Virus record (IMG/VR): IMGVR_UViG_3300033151_000729
Coordinates: 1-60,589 of that record
Source: a virus
Taxonomy: Duplodnaviria; Caudoviricetes
Length of the DNA stretch: 60,589 nt
Reading direction: 5' to 3' (one strand)
In this document: piece after piece, positions 11,170 to 19,428 of the stretch
Layout of the letters: the number at the start of each line of letters is the position of its first letter
Numbering within the stretch: the stretch's first letter is position 1
Notes under the pieces: model-generated
Seen by the model: only the letters and a program-made list of their open reading frames with translations
Database searches by the model: none
What the model was told of the DNA's origin: nothing
Program-made: the position numbers and the translations under genes

Positions 11170-11816
11170 TGAAGAGAATATTCATTGCAATTCCTTTAGT
11201 TTTACTGACTGGCTGCGCTCCTAGTCCTGGTGAAATAAATCTAGCCATGTATAGAGAGTACCAGAAAGGAAGAACAGACCGCCTTATAATTCAGCAAGGT
11301 CAAAGCGCAGATCCGCTCCCACAAGGCAGTGGTGAAACCCCCTGCGGCCTAATATGTGAGAATGAATGCACTCAAGACTGCCTTGATCAATGCCCCGATA
11401 ACCTTGTTTGCACAGGCGAGTCGGATCAGAATTTTGACATAGCTATCAAGACCCCTGAAAGCATGTCCTCAAAAATAACAGCAAAAGGTGACGTTTATGT
11501 TGTTCAGGGGTCATCAAACGTGAATATACAAGTCGGCCCGAAAGTAATCGACCCTATGCAGCAGGCCAAGGCCGATCTATTGAGGTACCATTACCCAGGG
11601 TTAAGAACGTGGGATGACAAGTGGAATACCGTTATATCCCCCTGGGTGGAGCCCTTGGTGTCACTGGGGAAATGGTTCATAGGTGGCGACGTAGTTAAGG
11701 AATTCATTCGGAGGCCACACACTGACCAGTATAACTTATCTGATTCTGACATGGGGACTACCGGGCACCTCCAAGATTCAGCCAATCCGATCATGATAAA
11801 AGGAGAAGAACAATGA
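11166..11816 (+). CDS. Lipoprotein with a Cys-rich segment
   Basis: Signal peptide ending LLTG-C; CGLICENECTQDCLDQC cluster. Confidence 0.6.
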   Translation: MMKRIFIAIPLVLLTGCAPSPGEINLAMYREYQKGRTDRLIIQQGQSADPLPQGSGETPCGLICENECTQDCLDQCPDNLVCTGESDQNFDIAIKTPESMSSKITAKGDVYVVQGSSNVNIQVGPKVIDPMQQAKADLLRYHYPGLRTWDDKWNTVISPWVEPLVSLGKWFIGGDVVKEFIRRPHTDQYNLSDSDMGTTGHLQDSANPIMIKGEEQ

Positions 11817-11938
11817 GAATCATACTTTATATAATAGTCGTTTGTTGTCTTGGTGGCTGCGCTTCACCACCTCTCACCCCAAGTGGTGACCCAATTGAAC
11901 GGGAAGATATCCCATATATCGCCGAAGGAGTCCGATGA
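11813..11938 (+). CDS. Small Pro-rich lipoprotein (o-spanin candidate, 41 aa, not in ORF track)
   Basis: MRIILYIIVVCCLGG-CASPPLTPSGDP...; AGGAG upstream; ATGA overlaps on both sides. Confidence 0.5.
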   Translation: MRIILYIIVVCCLGGCASPPLTPSGDPIEREDIPYIAEGVR

Positions 11939-12339
11939 AAAAAATCATATTCAGTATAGTGTTTGGTATTTTTTTACTGCATGAACCTCCCGCCGTTGGC
12001 GCTGCTAATCAGGACTGGAAGACCATAATGTATGAAATGGTCACAGAGATCAGAGCAGATGTAAAGGAGCTTCTTGCCTTGACCCCACGAATGGAGAGGG
12101 CCGAAAAAGACATTCAGGATCTTTGGGAAGTCGGGGATGCTCTCCGTGAAGAGGTTATTCGTGTTGAAGAAGAAGTTGCAATTATCGAGCACGAAAAAAA
12201 AAAAATGGCAGGGGATCTCTGGAACCATATCACCAATGACAAACAACGTGTTGCCGATAGAAAAGCATTAGTTGGCTCTGCACTGTCAGTGATACTTGCT
12301 ATGATGTCCCTTTGTGTTGCATGGTTTAAAAAGAATTAA
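11935..12339 (+). CDS. Coiled-coil membrane protein (holin- or i-spanin-like)
   Basis: Hydrophobic N-terminus, coiled coil, C-terminal TM (ALVGSALSVILAMMSLCVAWF). Confidence 0.45.
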   Translation: MKKIIFSIVFGIFLLHEPPAVGAANQDWKTIMYEMVTEIRADVKELLALTPRMERAEKDIQDLWEVGDALREEVIRVEEEVAIIEHEKKKMAGDLWNHITNDKQRVADRKALVGSALSVILAMMSLCVAWFKKN

Positions 12340-12365
12340 AATAACTTTAAAAAGGAGTAGTTCCA

Positions 12366-13292
12366 ATGAGTGAAGCAAAACCCCAATACGAAACAGAAGC
12401 AGTATTGGACATTAACAGTCTCCCATGGGTAAAAAACATCGGTACTAAAATTGTGGACTTAGTGCCAATGAGCGCCACAGAAGCAGAGCGGTACATGTCC
12501 CACAAGATCTGTATGGATGATGCTATTAAAGATAACGGAGAAGGTTATCTGGTGAGATATAAAGATGGTTATGTTTCCTGGAGTCCAAAGACTCCGGCTG
12601 ATGAGGCTTATCGGCCTATTAGCACCAGATGCGAAACAAAAGCACCCAAAACAAGATCAAGTATCCCCCACTCCAAGACGGGCGTAACTATGATGCGACC
12701 TTATGCCGAAGGGGAGGATCTGGACGGAATTACGGTAAGCGAGCATGGTTCGCCGGTTAAAGGAGGCATGATTTGTCATGCCGAAGATAACGTGCAAGAC
12801 CAGTGGTATATTTCTCCTGAATACTATCGTGAAAACTATGTATCTATTGGCGCTACACAGACACTCGGATTAAACATCGGCCAAGCTTTACAGTCCGCTA
12901 AGGCGGGGAAGAAATTCTCCGCTGCCGGGTGGAATGGTAAAGGGATGTTTGTATACCACGTTACTGGCCACTTCGATATGAAGATGGCAGGTGGGTCAAT
13001 CATGATCGGGTGGACTCCTAATCAAGCCGATATGGAACGAGAGGATTATTATATTGTCGCTGAGCCTGATGAGGGCAAGGACAAGGTAGACGACTATCAA
13101 AGCCGAGTCGTCTACGAAAAGAACGAGTTGCAAGTCAAAATAGCAAAACTGATACCGTTCAACGAGTCCGCCAAGTTCAGGGAATTGCCCCCTGAGGATC
13201 AGGCTGACCTGAAAGAACAGCTATCCTGTATGGTTAAATACGTAGAAATTCTCAGTCGAAGAATTAAAAACTTTCCCAAGGAAGATAATTAA
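12366..13292 (+). CDS. Multidomain anti-defence sponge-like protein containing a Tad2/DUF2829 domain and a C-terminal T4 Y16Q/crAss001_48-like helical domain
   Basis: IGQALQSAKAGKK..AGWNGKGMFV..WTPNQADMEREDY (Tad2-like); YQSRVVYEKNEL..QLSCMVKYVEILSRRI. Confidence 0.7.
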   Translation: MSEAKPQYETEAVLDINSLPWVKNIGTKIVDLVPMSATEAERYMSHKICMDDAIKDNGEGYLVRYKDGYVSWSPKTPADEAYRPISTRCETKAPKTRSSIPHSKTGVTMMRPYAEGEDLDGITVSEHGSPVKGGMICHAEDNVQDQWYISPEYYRENYVSIGATQTLGLNIGQALQSAKAGKKFSAAGWNGKGMFVYHVTGHFDMKMAGGSIMIGWTPNQADMEREDYYIVAEPDEGKDKVDDYQSRVVYEKNELQVKIAKLIPFNESAKFRELPPEDQADLKEQLSCMVKYVEILSRRIKNFPKEDN

Positions 13293-13293
13293 T

Positions 13294-13926
13294 ATGGATA
13301 CCGCTAGTTTAATCACGCTAACCGCAGCCGGATCACTTGCATTCATAACCGGACTCCTGAAGGACGAGATAAAAGCCGCAAGGAGTGATTATAAAATTTA
13401 CAAGAATCGCTTTCTTGATACCAATGGCGACCCAAAAGACCCAGATGTTGGTTTGATGTGCAATCCCTCGACCGGAGTGTGGGGGCCGATTATCGTAGAC
13501 GAGTATTCTTACAGTCTGTTTCATGGATCCGAGAGGTTCGTGAGGTTCCGCCATATTGACCTTGCGAAGGGCACCGGGAAGCAGCGGCAATTATCCCTGG
13601 CAAAATTCGAAGCGGCAGCACGGGCCAAGCCAGAAAAACCCCTATCTGGTTTTGACTGGACAATGTTAGCGAACCATGGGTTCACGGCTTCCCCTGAAGA
13701 ACAAGACAAACCCGCACCTTTGGAAGATCTGTTAGAGCTGGTTCTTCTCGGTGAGGAGGGTTTAACCACTCAGCTTAAGAATGCAGCAACTTCTTATAAT
13801 TCAATGGCAACCTGCGTAACCAAATTGCGCAAGACGCTGGAGAATGGTGGCTCTGATCTCCAGATTGGGTTGTTGACCGAGAGCGTGCTGAAGAATCTCC
13901 AGGCTGCTGAGCGGAAAGAGAAATGA
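13294..13926 (+). CDS. Hypothetical protein with N-terminal membrane anchor
   Basis: 210-aa ORF, hydrophobic first ~22 aa, followed by a terminator. Confidence 0.55.
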   Translation: MDTASLITLTAAGSLAFITGLLKDEIKAARSDYKIYKNRFLDTNGDPKDPDVGLMCNPSTGVWGPIIVDEYSYSLFHGSERFVRFRHIDLAKGTGKQRQLSLAKFEAAARAKPEKPLSGFDWTMLANHGFTASPEEQDKPAPLEDLLELVLLGEEGLTTQLKNAATSYNSMATCVTKLRKTLENGGSDLQIGLLTESVLKNLQAAERKEK

Positions 13927-13947
13927 CTAGTACCGTTGCCAAGTATC

Positions 13948-13978
13948 AAGCCAGTCCTTTGTTGGGCTGGCTTTTTTT
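13948..13978 (+). terminator. Rho-independent terminator
   Basis: AAGCCAGTCC-loop-GGGCTGGCTT followed by a T run. Confidence 0.8.
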
Positions 13979-14085
13979 ATGCACAACACATGCCAGGTTA
14001 GCAACTATAAAGAAATAGTTACATCTCCAGCACAGCTAGTACAAACAATAGACGTAACAAACCCTTGTTACCACACGTCTTTGCC

Positions 14086-14114
14086 TTGTTGATATCGTTT
14101 TCTAGCCCTATAGT
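14086..14114 (+). promoter_or_regulatory. Sigma70-type promoter of the 14.2-15.9 kb moron
   Basis: TTGTTG-17-TATAGT. Confidence 0.5.
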
Positions 14115-14179
14115 TCATCCAGAAACATTAAGAATAAATTATGGGGATTTTTATGAACGAAGAATACAAGGAGAAGGAT

Positions 14180-14686
14180 ATGGGTACTGGTTTTACTACA
14201 TCTGATGCAATTTTGACTCAGGCGATGTCAAGTGGTAATCTTGCAGGTGGGCGTAATGCCCTTTGGAATCAGGGCGGAGGTTCTATTGCTACCCCGTGGG
14301 CCGTGGAAGATGTTAAAGATACCGTTAACCAGCAGGCTGGCTGCATCAACGGTACACTTGAAAGCCTTACCAGGACTCTGTCCAACGACGCAACCAATGA
14401 TCGGATTACCGCTGGCTTTAGCCATGCTTGCGATAAAGCTGAAGCAGTAGCAGTTCGCAACTCTGAGCAGCTTTTCGCTTTGTCCCGTGACATTGACAAC
14501 AAGTTCGCCCTGGTAACGGCTCAGAACCATGGCCTTGAAATGACCATGAAAGATACCGAAATCTCTCGCTTGAAAGATGATCTCGCCGTATCCCGTGACA
14601 GAAATAACATCAGCGAGACTGTAGAGCGGACTTTGGCTACTTTCAAAAACTGCGGTTGTTGTGGCAATGGCAAACACCACGGTTGA
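14180..14686 (+). CDS. Coiled-coil protein with Cys/His-rich tail (CGCCGNGKHHG); frame stays open past the UGA
   Basis: AGGAG RBS 6 nt before ATG 14180; heptad-like C-half. Confidence 0.7.
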   Translation: MGTGFTTSDAILTQAMSSGNLAGGRNALWNQGGGSIATPWAVEDVKDTVNQQAGCINGTLESLTRTLSNDATNDRITAGFSHACDKAEAVAVRNSEQLFALSRDIDNKFALVTAQNHGLEMTMKDTEISRLKDDLAVSRDRNNISETVERTLATFKNCGCCGNGKHHG

Positions 14687-15082
14687 CTTCCTGGCGGAGG
14701 CTCCCGTGAAGATAGCGGGAGCCAAGGCGGAAACGCCGGGAGCGTGGAAGCCGCACCGGAAGGTGGAAGAGGTTTTGGTAGCTGTTATGATGACACCGCT
14801 GCTGAGATAGTAAATGACAATGACAATGACAATGACAATGACAATGACACAGAAGTAAACGTTAACGTCAACGTCAACAGTGATGATAGTGACGATGGTA
14901 ACGGCGGCGGAGGTAACGAAAAAGTTGTAATCTGTCACAACGGACAGCCCTTAGAAGTTGATACCTCTGCTCTCTTTGCTCATTATGGGCATGGTGACAC
15001 GTTAGGCCCATGTCCTGAACCTGCTGCTGAGGAGCCTGCTGCTGAGGAACCTGCTGCTGAGGAACCTGCTGCTGAGGCATAA
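14687..15082 (+). CDS. In-frame extension (or separate GTG-start ORF at 14744): acidic low-complexity linker, KVVICH...HGHGDTLGPC domain, (EPAAE)4
   Basis: Same frame as 14180 with no stop between 14687 and 15079; (AATGAC)6 at 14813-14848 and a 15-bp x4 repeat at 15017-15076. Confidence 0.6.
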   Translation, partial: LPGGGSREDSGSQGGNAGSVEAAPEGGRGFGSCYDDTAAEIVNDNDNDNDNDNDTEVNVNVNVNSDDSDDGNGGGGNEKVVICHNGQPLEVDTSALFAHYGHGDTLGPCPEPAAEEPAAEEPAAEEPAAEA

Positions 15083-15144
15083 TAGCTTTTTACATGCAAA
15101 GCCGGGTCTGCTTTTCCGGCTTTGCATTAAGGGAAAATATCGAC

Positions 15145-15639
15145 ATGAATCAACAGACCGTAACTTTGTTATTGTCAATAGCAAATGAGTTAGACAAGGC
15201 CGCAAGGCAGTGCAACATTGCCAAGATATGGTTAAGGTCAAATTATTGCCCTGGACTAGCTATTAAAGCGAGGGTTGAAGCAAAAGAACGGTGGCGCTAT
15301 TCAAACATGATCCATGATCGCATTATCGACAGAGGTGGTGTAGTAACTGCGATTCCTGCTGTTCCAGCCATGCCTGCGGCTGGAACGGGATGGACAACTG
15401 AATCTGTTTTCGGCCTACTGGCACGGGCTGACCAAGCAGTTTTAGTTTTAATCGAAAATTGTATAACTCGACTAGCCAAAACACCGGACTATGTGACTAT
15501 GGCTTTTGTTGTAGGCGTTCAGGAAAAATTCTGGAAAGACGTTAACGAAATTAAAGAGATAGTTGACCAGACAGGACAAGCAGTCCCGTCTGGATTGCTT
15601 ATTTTGGATAACAAATACCTCAAAATGTATGAGGAATAA
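15145..15639 (+). CDS. Ferritin-like (FtnA-fold) protein with degenerate ferroxidase ligands
   Basis: IIDRGG, DYVTMAFV and GLLILDNKYL align with FtnA-type motifs; 164 aa from ATG 15145. Confidence 0.7.
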   Translation: MNQQTVTLLLSIANELDKAARQCNIAKIWLRSNYCPGLAIKARVEAKERWRYSNMIHDRIIDRGGVVTAIPAVPAMPAAGTGWTTESVFGLLARADQAVLVLIENCITRLAKTPDYVTMAFVVGVQEKFWKDVNEIKEIVDQTGQAVPSGLLILDNKYLKMYEE

Positions 15640-15864
15640 ATGAGCGATAACCAGCTATACTGGTCAGCACTACCTAAGCATAAAAAGGTAATTGTTGAAT
15701 ACGCCACTAAGAAGCATTGGAGCGGAACAGTATCAGGTTGTTTGAAGATTTATGGGTGCATTATATCTAGGATATGCGAGGCAGGTATCGGCCCGGAAAG
15801 AATACTTGATCGTCTTGACAAGATAATTGAAATATGCCGAGACGATCAAGATGAGGAGGGCTAG
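15640..15864 (+). CDS. Hypothetical protein
   Basis: GAGGA RBS; abuts the ferritin gene. Confidence 0.55.
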   Translation: MSDNQLYWSALPKHKKVIVEYATKKHWSGTVSGCLKIYGCIISRICEAGIGPERILDRLDKIIEICRDDQDEEG

Positions 15865-16193
15865 GGTCTCTTGCCCTGTGACTGTTGTTGAGCCGCAGGA
15901 TGATGCTGCTGCGGGGCTTGTTGGTCTTCCGTTTTTCGGAAGTATTGTTGGTACATCTGCCCCACCAGCTTGATGAAACCCATAATAGCAAAGCCTCGCT
16001 CTGTGTCCGTCATCTGCCGAAAAATCACAGCAGGTACTTCAGGGTTACCTGCTGTGGCTTTTGCCTGGATAGCCTGCTCTATAGCTAACCCTTGGGCATG
16101 GATGTCAGCTGCTTTCGCAGGGGTGAGCGGATCACTGTCGTTCATTCTGTCCAGAATTCTTGATACCATGTCTGGTACATTGTTGTTACTCAT
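15861..16193 (-). CDS. Hypothetical protein, Gln-rich tail
   Basis: AGGAG RBS; overlaps the upstream stop codon. Confidence 0.6.
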   Translation of the reverse strand: MSNNNVPDMVSRILDRMNDSDPLTPAKAADIHAQGLAIEQAIQAKATAGNPEVPAVIFRQMTDTERGFAIMGFIKLVGQMYQQYFRKTEDQQAPQQHHPAAQQQSQGKRP

Positions 16194-16465
16194 GCGATCT
16201 TCTCCTGTTTAATCTTTCTCTTTAACGGAGCGGCTACCCAGCTCCGCCACATTGCGGCCCGGATGACACAATACAGCTTATCATCCAAACCTTGTCCATA
16301 AAAGTGGGCAATAAACACCTTTTGAAAAATATCCACCTCATCTCTGAGGTCTTTAATAGCGTCGTAGCAATCGCACTCTGGGAAACCTTCATATACCCAT
16401 TCCTTTAGCACCCAATCCCCCTTTAGTGCCTTGAAACCGTAGGGGCAGGTTACTAGGGCTTTCAT
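16190..16465 (-). CDS. Hypothetical protein
   Basis: GGAGG RBS. Confidence 0.6.
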   Translation of the reverse strand: MKALVTCPYGFKALKGDWVLKEWVYEGFPECDCYDAIKDLRDEVDIFQKVFIAHFYGQGLDDKLYCVIRAAMWRSWVAAPLKRKIKQEKIA

Positions 16466-16537
16466 TTCTCAATCCTCCGGTTATCGCTTTGAACCACCTG
16501 GGTATTGTGTGATACCTAGGTGGTTTTTGTTTATTTA

Positions 16538-17317
16538 TTATTGCGCTGTTGCAAGAGCGAAGAGCTCCATGAAGGTATCTTCAAACCAGTGCGGTTGGGT
16601 ATGGGTAGGATGACCTCGGTAAGCATCGTTCTGTCCGTATTTTAGGCCTTTTTCTGTAATAGATTTGTAAGGCCTCGTCTCGCCCTTTGATCCTAATCGG
16701 GTCTTTGGCTCAAGGTATCCTATATTGACCAAGAGCTTGTTGAACGCTATTGATGACATACCGCAATTGTTCTTTTCGAGCAGGTCTTTCGCTGGACAAG
16801 GAACCCTGACTTTTTCAGTAAACTGCGGCAGCGCCCTGGTTGGAACTCCATTACCACTGTACACTTCGTGAATACCCACCAATAAACTATTTTCGGAAAA
16901 CTTCATCATCTTTGAAACGTGATCCAGCCCGACAAGTTCCATCTTGAATGCCCTTATCTCTACGTCCTCAACAACTGGAACCAGCCCGCCCTTTCCGATC
17001 TTCTCCCACTTGATGAAGTAGAGCCGGGCTTCTTTGCCTCTGACGGTATGTTCCATCATTGAAAGTTCTTTTGCGGTGTCTAAGGTTATGGCGTAGTCGA
17101 TGCGATTGTGACCGCCGCTGCCGGTTTGCTCAACATCTATGTTGAGCAAAATATAGTCCTGTCCTTCCGTGAAAAAAGGACTGTCGATAACCTTATGCTT
17201 CATCCAGTTGGAGAAATCCCGCTTGCTCTCAAGATAAGCGTGGAGCTGTCGGGCATCAGTAGCGGGAATTTGTTCACCTTGAAAGGTTCTCTGCTTGACG
17301 GGAATTAATTCTTGCAT
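16538..17317 (-). CDS. AntA/AntB-family antirepressor
   Basis: DARQLHAYLESKRDFSNW, GGHNRIDYAITLDTAKEL and GKEARLYFI motifs. Confidence 0.9.
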   Translation of the reverse strand: MQELIPVKQRTFQGEQIPATDARQLHAYLESKRDFSNWMKHKVIDSPFFTEGQDYILLNIDVEQTGSGGHNRIDYAITLDTAKELSMMEHTVRGKEARLYFIKWEKIGKGGLVPVVEDVEIRAFKMELVGLDHVSKMMKFSENSLLVGIHEVYSGNGVPTRALPQFTEKVRVPCPAKDLLEKNNCGMSSIAFNKLLVNIGYLEPKTRLGSKGETRPYKSITEKGLKYGQNDAYRGHPTHTQPHWFEDTFMELFALATAQ

Positions 17318-17324
17318 CGTGGAA

Positions 17325-17456
17325 CTCCAAATAAAAAAAGGGTTTTACCGACATCTGTCCTGAAAGTGAGGTACGTAAGAACCCCGAACAGATGAACGAT
17401 AAAACCCTTTAATCAAAACTATTTGTTACGTTTTCCCGGCCTTTCAAACCGCTCCC
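17325..17456 (-). ncRNA. c4-like antisense/attenuator leader of antA
   Basis: Homologous to 39136-39267; terminator stem plus U7 before the RBS; internal complementary boxes. Confidence 0.65.
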
Positions 17457-17477
17457 CACGTCAATGGGTATGGCTAG

Positions 17478-17506
17478 ACCTTAGCCTCTTTTTGCTGGCT
17501 TGGCAA
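17478..17506 (-). promoter_or_regulatory. Sigma70-type promoter of the antA leader
   Basis: TTGCCA-17-TAAGGT on the minus strand. Confidence 0.55.
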
Positions 17507-17526
17507 TAAAAAACCTCACAGGCTCC

Positions 17527-18870
17527 CTAAAAGTCAATATTATTTGCATCGTTATAAATAAAAGTTTGTTCTTTAGGCATTTTACTCTCGATAATAGGAA
17601 TAAGCCGTTTTGTCTCATTCAAATCCCCTTTAGAGCGCTGAAGTAGTCCGCCAATATCACACCCACGGATAGGTTTTGTAAACCCATCTGTATGGCAAAA
17701 ATCTTTTATCCTGTCCTCTAACCAAGGATTGACCGTTTCGGGTTTAATCCTTGGTAACTTAATCACATAGTCAGTCCGTCCTGGTCTCATTATAGCCGGA
17801 TCTAAGTCATCTAGGTAGTTTGTTGTCAAGATTATTACATGACCGTTAAGCGGAACTGAACCGTTTAGTACATTCAGGAATTCAGACAACTGAATAGACA
17901 GCGTGAATGCTGTGTCGTTATCGCTTTTGTTGCTATCTCCCACCTCGGTATCCTTTAATAATTGACGTTGTTTGGTTGACGTGAAAGCACTTACTGAGTG
18001 TATATCCTCCAGTATGTGTACCTGGTCAGTATCAACCAACGCTTGTTGAAAGTCACCGGCAGATGATAAACCAGCAGCATTGATATTGTTGACATCTTTT
18101 TCAAGGTAGGCAGCTATGGCCGGTATTAATTTTGACTTTCCGTTCCCCGGCTCACCATGCAGCATGATAACAAGTTTATCTGGAATGCCTAGAGATCTAT
18201 TAGCTTTCTTATTGTCCTTAAACGTATCAAGAATACGTTTAATACAAGCTCTGGTGTCGTTATCCAAGCAAACTTGATCCAATGTTTGAGTGGTCATTGT
18301 CCCTATATAAACCTTACTAACATCATAGCTAAAAAAGGACATGCCGAAAGGAGGTCTTGGCCTCTCTAATGTTCTCAAGAAATTATCTAGCACCTCCCTG
18401 GTAAAACCAAAACACCCTATAGTAATGCGCTGTTTTTGATTTGAAACCCCTGCACTATCCAAGTCAGATATCGTGTACCATATCAGATTTTTATCATATA
18501 GAAAGAAATGGGAGCCTATACCGCTGATTGCAATAAAGGCGTTAGTAAATTTGTGGCTGCGCTTATCGTTGTATCCTACTGAAAAGTCCCTTGAACCAAT
18601 ATCTCCAGCGTGTTTTTGTAATTCGACAAGTAGTGGGCAATACGCTTCATGTGCGTTTTCTACCGTTAAAGTCAAGGTGATGCGCCTTTTAATAGCGTTA
18701 TATATACCATTTGGTACTGACCTCCCTATGTAGGCTATCAAACCAAAGCCACCGGCCACAATTGCGCCACCTACAAACTCGTTCGAACCTGATATACTGT
18801 TTGCCCACTCTATAAAAACAGTAGGCACCTTGGTTATAAGTTCAAGCATCTTTATTCCTCCCAGCATCAA
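17527..18870 (-). CDS. BCS1-like membrane-anchored AAA+ ATPase (start probably the second Met, 18849)
   Basis: N-terminal TM, Walker A HGEPGNGKS, Walker B HILEDI, TTNYLDDLDPAIMRPGRTD second region of homology. Confidence 0.85.
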   Translation of the reverse strand: MMLGGIKMLELITKVPTVFIEWANSISGSNEFVGGAIVAGGFGLIAYIGRSVPNGIYNAIKRRITLTLTVENAHEAYCPLLVELQKHAGDIGSRDFSVGYNDKRSHKFTNAFIAISGIGSHFFLYDKNLIWYTISDLDSAGVSNQKQRITIGCFGFTREVLDNFLRTLERPRPPFGMSFFSYDVSKVYIGTMTTQTLDQVCLDNDTRACIKRILDTFKDNKKANRSLGIPDKLVIMLHGEPGNGKSKLIPAIAAYLEKDVNNINAAGLSSAGDFQQALVDTDQVHILEDIHSVSAFTSTKQRQLLKDTEVGDSNKSDNDTAFTLSIQLSEFLNVLNGSVPLNGHVIILTTNYLDDLDPAIMRPGRTDYVIKLPRIKPETVNPWLEDRIKDFCHTDGFTKPIRGCDIGGLLQRSKGDLNETKRLIPIIESKMPKEQTFIYNDANNIDF

Positions 18871-19135
18871 CCGCTTCCCTCAACCCCTTCCCCACCTTAA
18901 AGACCGGGAGCTTCTTAGCCCCAACCTTAATCTTTTCCTCGGTCTTAGGATTGCGACCAATATAAGCATCATAACTTTTAACGGCGAAGCTGCCGAATCC
19001 ACGGATTTCAATACCGTTACCTTCTTCCAGGGTCTGAGCCATGATATCCAGGATCGTTTGCACCACGGCGGCTGTTTCCTTCTCCGGGCGGCTAGTTTGT
19101 TCGGCCATCTTTTCTGTTAATTCTGATTTATTCAT
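18842..19135 (-). CDS. ihfB: Integration host factor beta-like subunit
   Basis: MNKSEL..IEIRGFGSF..GRNPKT..KKLPVFKVGKGLRE. Confidence 0.8.
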   Translation of the reverse strand: MNKSELTEKMAEQTSRPEKETAAVVQTILDIMAQTLEEGNGIEIRGFGSFAVKSYDAYIGRNPKTEEKIKVGAKKLPVFKVGKGLREAVDAGRNKDA

Positions 19136-19428
19136 TTTTTCCTCTTGGCTATAATTTCACGATCTAGATCGGCAGGATCAACCTCAAACTTTTCAAGCAG
19201 AAACTCAACCCGCTGGGAATCCGATACTGAATCACCACTGCAAAAAGGGCAGTGCTTGCTTTCTACTTCCCCTTCTATTGTGACCTCATCAATATAAGGA
19301 TGGTCAGGCAGCTTTGCGGTTATGCAGTTAGAACACAGCATATTCCCACATTTTTCACATGACGCTATGCACTTTTCGTATACTCCTGACCGGTCACAAT
19401 TGTCGCAATCATAATGGTCTACCGGCAT
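19132..19428 (-). CDS. Cys-rich zinc-finger protein
   Basis: Four CxxC pairs; lies between the IHF genes. Confidence 0.65.
   Translation of the reverse strand: MPVDHYDCDNCDRSGVYEKCIASCEKCGNMLCSNCITAKLPDHPYIDEVTIEGEVESKHCPFCSGDSVSDSQRVEFLLEKFEVDPADLDREIIAKRKK

Noticed and set aside
14667-14813. Alternative-frame short ORF MANTTVDFLAEA...
   Set aside because: No RBS; the other frame carries the recognisable domain and codon-phased repeats
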